Assembly: GCA_002419135.1 (NCBI GenBank)
Contig: DIFM01000041.1
Location: 35,130 to 99,129 of the forward strand
Reading direction: 5' to 3'
Length of the DNA stretch: 64,000 bases
Source: Dehalococcoidia bacterium UBA5748
Lineage (GTDB): Bacteria > Chloroflexota > Dehalococcoidia > Dehalococcoidales > UBA5627
Shown here: positions 56,635 to 64,000 of the stretch, in pieces
How the letters are laid out: every line of letters starts with the position of its first letter
Position numbering within the stretch: position 1 is the first letter of the stretch
Translations under genes and position numbers: made by a program
The notes under the pieces: generated by a model
Database searches by the model: none
The model's input: only the letters and a program-made list of their open reading frames with translations
Told to the model about the DNA's origin: nothing

Positions 56635-57174
56635 TTATTCCATGTGTTCCATCAATTTGTGAGCCGGTTCAGGTTCCTTCCCTTTTAGAATCAAAGCAAA
56701 GTGATTGATTATTTTATCTGTTTCCGGGTCTTTATCGTGCCACCGGATAAGAAATTCCTCTTCTGTCAACCAGGTCTTGCGGAAACTGGACGGGTCTTCG
56801 AAGACAATTATATTTTCGTGATAACCGACAACAATGACATAATGGCCATCATCATAGTCCTCGTGCCACTCTTTAAGGGTCATATATTTTTCTGCCCAGG
56901 CTTGCACAAGCACAATCACCGGATGGGATGTGTCGATAAAATGCTTGATTTTATCAATCCCGGCATCATATTTCTCTATAACGTCAAATCCATATTTCTC
57001 AGCTACGGAAATCATGTTTCTAATCGGGGTTCCGTCGCTGTTTATTAAAAGCTTGCTATACAGTTCATCACTGCGAACTTCAATGCCGTAATATGCCATT
57101 ACTAATTGTAGTGCGGTCGCACCACAATCGAAATCAAAGGTTTGTCGTCCGCCGGGCAAATCAATAATCATCAA
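56635..57174 (-). CDS. Peptidase C39-like (papain-fold cysteine peptidase) domain protein
   Basis: 179 aa with Q-x5-DCGATALQLVMAYYG (oxyanion Gln plus catalytic Cys), HPVIVLV and DGHYVIVVGY (catalytic His). Confidence 0.6.
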   Translation of the reverse strand: MMIIDLPGGRQTFDFDCGATALQLVMAYYGIEVRSDELYSKLLINSDGTPIRNMISVAEKYGFDVIEKYDAGIDKIKHFIDTSHPVIVLVQAWAEKYMTLKEWHEDYDDGHYVIVVGYHENIIVFEDPSSFRKTWLTEEEFLIRWHDKDPETDKIINHFALILKGKEPEPAHKLMEHME

Positions 57175-57204
57175 AATACAAGCCGAAATGTGGATATAAA
57201 CACT

Positions 57205-58203
57205 TCAGGATATAACTAATACACAATCAGACATACGCATGGCAATCAATGACCCGGTGTATTTACCCTGAACGGTAACCTGCTGCCCTTTTCCCATGCT
57301 TTTCAGTTCATCCGCATGTTTTTTGTCAAACATGCATTGAACACTTTTGGTGAGGTTTAACGAGGCATCGGTAATACGTATATAATTGATGGCGAGAACC
57401 TCTTTTACATCAATGGCACCGGCGTAACCCGATAACCTTATTGTCCTATTAACAAATTTTTCCGTAGCCGATGTGTAATCCGCGGCATAATCCGCAAGCA
57501 ACTCGTCTATAGTCACGTTAATATCAGCAGGTGCGATTAGTTCCTTTTCCGTTTGCGCCGGCTCTTCAGTTATAGCCGTTTCGGGCATTGCTTGCACCGA
57601 CTTATCAGGTATAATCTGTTCTGCTTCTTCAGCGGATTCCATGGATTGTTCTTTTTCAGTCAAAAGCACATCATCGGTATTATTTCCCAATTCCGCATTA
57701 GCGGTATTTTTATCTTCCGCCACTTCAGAAACATTTTCAACGGTTTCCACACCGCATTCGGATTCTTCCGGTTCTTCAGACATTTCTTTCTGTTCCGTGT
57801 TATTTAATTCTTTTATAATTTCCTCGTCACTGACAGATTCCGAATCGTTGTCCTCCTCATGTTCAGAAACTTTCTGTATTAAGACCTGTTGAGGCGAAAT
57901 ATTTTCATCAATTACATTTTCTTCGTCCCGGGAGGTATCTACTTCACGATATGTGTTATGGCTGCTTACAAGAGGAACATCCTCCATTTCTTCTGTAAAA
58001 ACAGAATATTCCCTACAGTTATGATCTTCTTCTCGCTCTTCTTGAGCAGCCGGCTTCTTACCGGACAACCTCTCTTCTCTAATTTGGCTATATGTTTTTT
58101 CAACAAGCTTAAACCCGGGTGAAGCTAATGGATAACCGCATAAATAGCAAGCCCAATCGGTCGTTCTCATTGTCTCCCTGAAGCAATTCGGACATCTCGG
58201 CAT
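57205..58203 (-). CDS. Zinc ribbon, long acidic low-complexity region, and C-terminal OB-fold (tRNA_anti-like) protein
   Basis: 332 aa. N-terminal CPNC...CYLCG, about 180 aa of Glu/Asp-rich sequence, and a C-terminus FVNRTIRLSGYAGAID...VQCMFDKKHADELKSMGKGQQVTVQGKY..CVLV that resembles tRNA_anti-like OB folds. Confidence 0.5.
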   Translation of the reverse strand: MPRCPNCFRETMRTTDWACYLCGYPLASPGFKLVEKTYSQIREERLSGKKPAAQEEREEDHNCREYSVFTEEMEDVPLVSSHNTYREVDTSRDEENVIDENISPQQVLIQKVSEHEEDNDSESVSDEEIIKELNNTEQKEMSEEPEESECGVETVENVSEVAEDKNTANAELGNNTDDVLLTEKEQSMESAEEAEQIIPDKSVQAMPETAITEEPAQTEKELIAPADINVTIDELLADYAADYTSATEKFVNRTIRLSGYAGAIDVKEVLAINYIRITDASLNLTKSVQCMFDKKHADELKSMGKGQQVTVQGKYTGSLIAMRMSDCVLVIS

Positions 58204-58306
58204 TTCGCACCTCTAAAAGAAATATATTACTGTACAGATCTGCATATAATTATATAGGAAAACACCGGTATTTTGATATAGGTATAATCGGAAGATGCTA
58301 TAGAAG

Positions 58307-58378
<72 letters not shown>

Positions 58379-58428
58379 TCAAATTATCAGTCAAGTTTAA
58401 CATTTAATGCCCGGCAGAACAAGATTAC

Positions 58429-58503
58429 TGGAGCGGGAGACGGGATTCGAACCCGCGACTGCCTGCTTGGAAGGCAGGAACTCTACCGCTGAGTTACTCC
58501 CGC
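58429..58503 (-). tRNA. tRNA-Gly (anticodon TCC), CCA encoded
   Basis: The reverse complement reads GCGGGAG-TA-ACTC-AGCGGTA-GAGT-T-CCTGC-CTTCCAA-GCAGG-CAGTC-GCGGG-TTCGAAT-CCCGT-CTCCCGC-T-CCA. Confidence 0.9.
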
Positions 58504-58719
58504 GCTACATTATGTAAATAAGTAATCTGCTTTGCCCAAAACCCTATATATTATAACCGCTGCTCTATTTTCAATCAAATAAAAGAGAAAAGTTATAATC
58601 TATGAAATAACTATCGGTGGATACTAACCGGAAATAATATGGTAAACTTTAATATGCCATATTGCATTTGGTTTTACAAATATTGATCGATGTTAAAAAT
58701 ATATTGATAGGAGAAATAA

Positions 58720-59676
58720 ATGAATAGATGGTTAACGCTCGCATTGCTTGTAATACTTACTATCGGCACTGTTACCAATGGTATATTATATTTCCAAACG
58801 TCAGAAAAACTGAATGAGGCTCAAAACAAGATAGAATTGATAGAAGGAGAATTTTCCTCTTTGGACTCCGATGTTTCCGGTTTAAAATCTTTAGTTTCAT
58901 CATTGGAAAATGGTATTGATGGCGCGCAAAACGACATAGATAATGTAGAGGGGTTTATGTATGCGCTGGACGATAGTATTAACGGAGTGCAGAATTCTTT
59001 ATCTGAATTAAATAACAGTTATACTTCTTTATCATCGCAAGTGAATTCGCTCGCAGACTGGGATGACATTGTTAATAAAATCGAGCCTTCAATTACAATG
59101 CTTATTGTTGATATGGGAGATGGAACCAGCCATGGTACCGGTATAATAATAACGAGTGATGGTTGGGTACTGACAGCAGCGCATATGATTGATGGTGTGG
59201 AAAACCTTTCCGATATTGAGTTTATTCTAACTAATGGGGATTCTTACGGTTGTGAGAATATCTATGTCGATGATGAACTTGATGTCGGTTTTGTAAAAAT
59301 AGATACCAATAAAACGGACTTTACGGCTGCCGTTATTGGTTCGTCATCTGATACTAAAGTCGGAGAGGAAGTTATGGCAGTCGGCCACCCGTTAAGTCTT
59401 GGCAATCCTCCTACTTATACGGCCGGTATTTTATCTGCTTTCAGGATAGCCGAACAGGATGGTTTGGAATATATCCAGACAGATGCCGCTGTAAATGGCG
59501 GTAGCAGCGGAGGTGCGCTGCTTAACACTAAGGGAGAATTAATCGGGATTATTTCCTGGAGTTACGTGGGTTATAGAGATGGCTATGGGTATTTTTATGA
59601 AGAAGTCTTTGAAGGTATGCATTATGCCGTCCCGGTCGATGATATTTTCCCCCTGCCTGATGATGTTATAATATAA
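58720..59676 (+). CDS. Membrane-anchored trypsin-like (S1C/HtrA-type) serine protease without PDZ
   Basis: 318 aa with an N-terminal TM helix, a coiled-coil region, and the catalytic triad context LTAAHMI, LDVGFVKI and NGGSSGGALLN. Confidence 0.8.
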   Translation: MNRWLTLALLVILTIGTVTNGILYFQTSEKLNEAQNKIELIEGEFSSLDSDVSGLKSLVSSLENGIDGAQNDIDNVEGFMYALDDSINGVQNSLSELNNSYTSLSSQVNSLADWDDIVNKIEPSITMLIVDMGDGTSHGTGIIITSDGWVLTAAHMIDGVENLSDIEFILTNGDSYGCENIYVDDELDVGFVKIDTNKTDFTAAVIGSSSDTKVGEEVMAVGHPLSLGNPPTYTAGILSAFRIAEQDGLEYIQTDAAVNGGSSGGALLNTKGELIGIISWSYVGYRDGYGYFYEEVFEGMHYAVPVDDIFPLPDDVII

Positions 59677-59696
59677 TAATTATTAAATTTAAAAAT

Positions 59697-59728
59697 GGGA
59701 AGGAGAGGGGAATTTTACTCTCACCTTC
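59697..59728 (+). terminator. Hairpin after the protease gene
   Basis: GGAAGGAGAG / CTCACCTTCC (9 of 10 bp) with a 12-nt loop, 21 nt after the stop. Confidence 0.4.
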
Positions 59729-59861
59729 CTGTTAATCAGTCGTGTACTGTATAAAATAAAGTAATTCTGATATGCTCACCCTTAAGTAAATTGCCGGAGA
59801 AGCGTGTATGGTTTTTCTTTTTGGGAACAAAGATTATTACGACCTGCTCGGTTATATAAAT

Positions 59862-60218
59862 ATGAAATGCCCCGGCTGCAAAAAGCAAAGGATTTTTGCA
59901 GTTAAGCAGGAAAGAAAAAAATTGACTGTTTATTTCATACCCACCTTCCAGTTTTCCTCCAGGCAAATACTGGTTTGTGAATACTGTAGAGAAGTATTGC
60001 AGGTTGATGACGAACTGAAACCTAAAATTGCTGAAAATATGATAAGCCAGAAGAAATTGGATTCATTGATTAAGCGTGGAGAAGTCGACCATCTAATCGG
60101 CATTGGTCCAAAAAGAAAATCAAGGCGGGTGTCCAAAATAACCTGCCCAAGTTGCGGAAGCAAAATCGATAAAACAGTAAAATATTGTCCGGAATGCGGA
60201 AATAAAAATGAGCATTAA
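59862..60218 (+). CDS. Zinc-ribbon domain protein
   Basis: N-terminal MKCPGCKK...CEYC and C-terminal CPSCGSK...CPECG. The start is taken at the Met preceding the first ribbon (track start 59808). Overlaps yggS by 11 nt. Confidence 0.55.
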   Translation: MKCPGCKKQRIFAVKQERKKLTVYFIPTFQFSSRQILVCEYCREVLQVDDELKPKIAENMISQKKLDSLIKRGEVDHLIGIGPKRKSRRVSKITCPSCGSKIDKTVKYCPECGNKNEH

Positions 60219-60867
60219 ACAACATGTAACAGAATTGCTTAATGAACTTCCTACCGGGGTTCAGCTTGTTGCTGCGGCAAAAACCATGGAGGCATCTAAA
60301 GTAATTGAGGCTATTGATGCCGGTGTTCAAGTAATCGGCGAAAATTATGTTCAGGAAGCAGAGGTAAAATATAGTATCATCGGCAACCGTGCAAAATGGC
60401 ATTTTATCGGGCATTTGCAACACAATAAAGTAAAGAAAGCTGTTGCAATTTTTGACATGATAGAAACCGTTGATTCGGTAGAAATTGCTTCGGTTATTGA
60501 TAAAAGATGCGAAGAAATTTGCAAGATAATGCCGGTGCTTATCGAGGTTAACAGCGGGACTGAGGAACAAAAAGCCGGTGTTTTGCCTGAAAATGCTATT
60601 CCTCTAATTAAAGAAATATCGATTCTTAATAACATTAAAATAATGGGGCTGATGACAATGGGCCCGTTAGCCGGTGAACCGGAGGAATCCCGTCCCTATT
60701 TTATAAAGACCAGGGATTTGTTCGAATATACTAAAAGCCTTGATTTAGCAGACGTCGATATGAAATATCTGTCGATGGGAATGACGGATTCGTATAAGAT
60801 TGCAATACAGGAAGGCGCCAATATTGTCAGAATCGGAAGTAAAATATTCGGGCCAAGAAAAGCTTAG
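60208..60867 (+). CDS. yggS: YggS-family pyridoxal-phosphate homeostasis protein
   Basis: 219 aa with the PLP-Lys context LVAAAKT, plus WHFIGHLQHNK and LSMGMTDSY motifs. Confidence 0.85.
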   Translation: MSIKQHVTELLNELPTGVQLVAAAKTMEASKVIEAIDAGVQVIGENYVQEAEVKYSIIGNRAKWHFIGHLQHNKVKKAVAIFDMIETVDSVEIASVIDKRCEEICKIMPVLIEVNSGTEEQKAGVLPENAIPLIKEISILNNIKIMGLMTMGPLAGEPEESRPYFIKTRDLFEYTKSLDLADVDMKYLSMGMTDSYKIAIQEGANIVRIGSKIFGPRKA

Positions 60868-61524
60868 CTAGTTTATACTTTCCAGTCCTTTTATTATGTC
60901 ATCCAAATTACCAAAAGGCAGGCAATTAAATCCCTCCTCCCGGCATAAGGATAACATCGGTTCAGTGGCAAAGGTATAATGCGCCAATTTCGCTGCCGGT
61001 ATATCAGAGGCTCCATTTCCTATAATGATGACTCGCCAGCCTTCATTTAGAAATTTATTTACGTAAGCCTCTTTAAAACCGTTTTGGATTTCTTTGCCAT
61101 CCGGACCGATATAGCGGGCTTCAATTCCATTATTATTAAACTCTGCCTGAGCAGCGTAAATGACAATATCGTCTATACCGGCGTTGTTAAGAAGAGTCTT
61201 AATGTAAAAAGTCATTCCGTTGCTTACAATTGTGAAGCGGAAATTGCGTAAACGGCAATAATTCACCAATTCTTTCAAACCCGGCCTTAGTTCGGCTTTT
61301 TCATTAACAAATGAAACAAGGGTAGGCTCATCTTCTTTAACCATTCTGAAAGCAAGTGTATTGAAGCGCCCTACCGAAATCCTGTTACTCTTATACTGTT
61401 CAAGGACAGAACGCCAGTCGCCATCGGCAAAAGAATCCAGTATCAGAAAACTGATATCTTTTTCGGTTAACGTGCCATCAAAGTCACATTGAATTAATGT
61501 CTTGATATTTGAGGAGTTTTGCAT
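60868..61524 (-). CDS. HAD-IB family phosphatase (MtnX-like)
   Basis: 218 aa with motif I CDFDGTLT, motif II IVSNG and motif IV IGNGASD. The overall layout is like MtnX-type phosphatases. Confidence 0.7.
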   Translation of the reverse strand: MQNSSNIKTLIQCDFDGTLTEKDISFLILDSFADGDWRSVLEQYKSNRISVGRFNTLAFRMVKEDEPTLVSFVNEKAELRPGLKELVNYCRLRNFRFTIVSNGMTFYIKTLLNNAGIDDIVIYAAQAEFNNNGIEARYIGPDGKEIQNGFKEAYVNKFLNEGWRVIIIGNGASDIPAAKLAHYTFATEPMLSLCREEGFNCLPFGNLDDIIKGLESIN

Positions 61525-61530
61525 AGATGA

Positions 61531-62037
61531 TCAGCCTTTATACGCAGGCTCTTCTTGAGCATTCTCCGGTTCTATTTTGTAGAGCTTGTCATCGCTCCCC
61601 AATCTGTCTATATATAGTATTCCGTCCAGGTGGTCGGTTTCGTGTTCAATTGCTTGAGATAAAAGTCCGCCAGCTTTGATTTTTATTTTTTCACCTTTGA
61701 TATTTAATCCTTTGGCTACGATAGAAACAGACCTGATAACCTCGCCCTGGTAGCCGGGAACGCTAAGGCATCCCTCCATTAATTCCACTTCTCCGTTGCG
61801 TTTGGTTATTTCCGGATTGATTATACAGAAAGGTTCCTGGTCGGGCATTTGAAGTACTATGACACGCAACGAAACGCCGACCTGCGGGGCTGCCAAACCT
61901 ACCCCATCTGATTCCTGCATCGTTAATATCATATCATCTACCAATTGAATTATTGATTTATCTATCTCGGGAACTTTAACTGCTTTCTGCCTGAGTACCG
62001 GGTCCGGAATCACCCGTACCTCTCTTATTTTTGCCAC
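61531..62037 (-). CDS. def: Peptide deformylase
   Basis: 168 aa with GVGLAAPQVG, EGCLSVPG and HETDHLDG motifs. Confidence 0.95.
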   Translation of the reverse strand: MAKIREVRVIPDPVLRQKAVKVPEIDKSIIQLVDDMILTMQESDGVGLAAPQVGVSLRVIVLQMPDQEPFCIINPEITKRNGEVELMEGCLSVPGYQGEVIRSVSIVAKGLNIKGEKIKIKAGGLLSQAIEHETDHLDGILYIDRLGSDDKLYKIEPENAQEEPAYKG

Positions 62038-62133
62038 ACCAGCACCTTTATTGTATATATATTTGATGTAAATTTCTTATTTATAATATTAACACACAAT
62101 ATAAAATTGTTCTAATAACCCGAAGGGCAGAGT

Positions 62134-62267
62134 TCCACGGACCGAGTCCGTGGGTGAATGAGATTTCCTGAATGCTATCTCAAGGAACAAGGTAGGTATT
62201 AACAAGAGCATATGCATTCAGGTCAAGCGGAGCTTGAACTGTAAAGTGCCACGGGCTTTGCCCGTGG
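62134..62267. ncRNA. Hairpin-rich intergenic element (candidate structured RNA or REP-like palindromic units), class unknown
   Basis: CCACGGAC-cga-GTCCGTGG (62135-62153). Long-range pairing CCTGAATGC (62167-62175) with GCATTCAGG (62214-62222). TCAAGC-gga-GCTTGA (62223-62237). CCACGGGC-ttt-GCCCGTGG (62249-62267). Confidence 0.35.
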
Positions 62268-62344
62268 GTATCTACTTTAAAACCGTAACAGGAGAGTTTA
62301 AGTTGCGGCTGAAGCCCAGTTGTGATAGTATATTTTAGCTGTAT

Positions 62345-62983
<639 letters not shown>

Positions 62984-63166
62984 TGCAGAGCCTCCCGTTT
63001 ATTATTCTAAAAAACACTATTACATTAACATTTATTTTAGCAGAATCTTTGCCACATTTAATAGTCTTATAGTAACATATCGGTCCGTATTTCGTTTATT
63101 ATTACAGGATTAGTAAACAGTGCTATAATATTGACGATTATTATAGCTACTAAATATCAAGGGGTA

Positions 63167-63754
63167 ATGATGACTAGAAAATGGAAAATGATATCTATAA
63201 TAATAGCCGGCTATTTACTGCTGGTTTTGCTGTTTACTGCTTTCTCCGGAAGTGTGTTTTATTTTACGCAGCAGATGAAGGCAGATTCAACCGTTTATAT
63301 TAATGAAGACCGGTTTGAATACTATTTTCACATACATAATGATGACAAAGCGATAGTAATTGATTTTGATTCGGAAAAAATAAATAGTGATTTGGCTCAT
63401 ATCACGGTTAATATCCATCCCAAAGATAATCATCGAATATCATCTTTAGCATTAAGTTTCGAAAATATCATTCCGGTTGATGCTTTTCTTTACGACGATC
63501 CGTCAGGGCAGTATGCAAACCTTTATAATCGTGAGGTTGTTTACGGCGAAGATAATATTGTAATAAAGTATCCCGATATGAATAGCCAATTCAATCAGGT
63601 AATTCAGTTGGAATACTGGGTTGATACAACCAAGTTGGATTCTGCCTATGAAAAATTCACAATGTCTTTTACATTGTATATGCATGAGAACAGTCTGTTA
63701 AAAATCTGGCGCTACTATGCTACATCTGGTGTGCAGTTGGATATGAATAGTTAA
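63167..63754 (+). CDS. Hypothetical membrane-anchored protein
   Basis: The start is taken at the ATG after AAGGGG (track TTG at 63131). There is one N-terminal TM helix (MISIIIAGYLLLVLLFTAF). No family recognised. Confidence 0.45.
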   Translation: MMTRKWKMISIIIAGYLLLVLLFTAFSGSVFYFTQQMKADSTVYINEDRFEYYFHIHNDDKAIVIDFDSEKINSDLAHITVNIHPKDNHRISSLALSFENIIPVDAFLYDDPSGQYANLYNREVVYGEDNIVIKYPDMNSQFNQVIQLEYWVDTTKLDSAYEKFTMSFTLYMHENSLLKIWRYYATSGVQLDMNS

Positions 63755-63886
63755 TATATAAAGTTATGTAAACTGTCCACTGCCGGCGTATTTTGTAGCT
63801 AACTCACTTTGACAAAAAGACCTTGATATAATAAGCTATTATGTGGTCGTACGGCGTATGTAAATCGTGCGATATCATTTTCAATT

Positions 63887-63963
63887 GGCGCATTCGTCTA
63901 GTGGCCTAGGACACATCCCTCTCAAGGATGAGATCACGGGTTCGAATCCCGTATGCGCTACCA
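63887..63963 (+). tRNA. tRNA-Glu (anticodon CTC), CCA encoded
   Basis: GGCGCAT-TC-GTCTAGTGGCCTAGGAC-A-CATCC-CTCTCAA-GGATG-AGATC-ACGGG-TTCGAAT-CCCGT-ATGCGCT-A-CCA. Confidence 0.85.
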
Positions 63964-64000
63964 AATTATTTTACTCATTCGCTTCCAATGGTTGTAATTC

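Overview
A 64-kb, visibly AT-rich, densely packed bacterial chromosomal window with no rRNA, no CRISPR and no intact prophage. The gene content (hdr/mvh, an FmdE-linked ABC importer, Thr-rich lipoprotein linkers, archaeal-type apgM, dapF with a dapL-like gene) is reminiscent of an anaerobic Chloroflexota/Dehalococcoidia-like organism, but this is inference only. Layout by region: (1) 1-7.1 kb holds minus-strand housekeeping genes (PHP, efp, pepP-like, xerC/D, topA, dprA) ending in two tRNA-Ser. (2) 7.5-21 kb holds an orphan pilT; a sensory block in which a PDZ/GAF/PAS hybrid kinase is translationally coupled to a polyprenyl-synthase-like gene and a small peptide gene, with a CheY upstream; TatD; methyltransferases, one split at a homopolymer; FmdE; and a FecCD-type ABC importer. 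(3) 21.6-39.0 kb is the centrepiece. It runs hdrCBA-mvhDGA-endopeptidase, then a self-contained sigma-54 cassette (a short rpoN-like gene, a soluble histidine kinase whose sensor looks like an [FeFe]-hydrogenase H-domain, and an NtrC-type activator), then a near-consensus -24/-12 promoter. After the promoter comes a second, group-3b-like [NiFe]-hydrogenase operon whose beta and gamma subunits are fused to an N-terminal phospho-receiver domain. (4) 39-43.5 kb holds zf/LemA/M48 genes, head-to-head IS256-type and rve-type transposase remnants, and tRNA-Arg. (5) 44-53.8 kb is core metabolism (dxs, pgk, apgM, tpiA, miaA, dapF, dapL-like, hflX). (6) 53.8-58.2 kb is an AT-rich accessory islet abutting tRNA-Met and tRNA-Gly. 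(7) 58.7-64 kb holds a protease, yggS, HAD, def, a hairpin-rich intergenic RNA candidate, tRNA-Pro, GNAT and tRNA-Glu. All functional calls rest on recognising motifs by eye in the supplied translations and in the raw sequence; no database search was possible.
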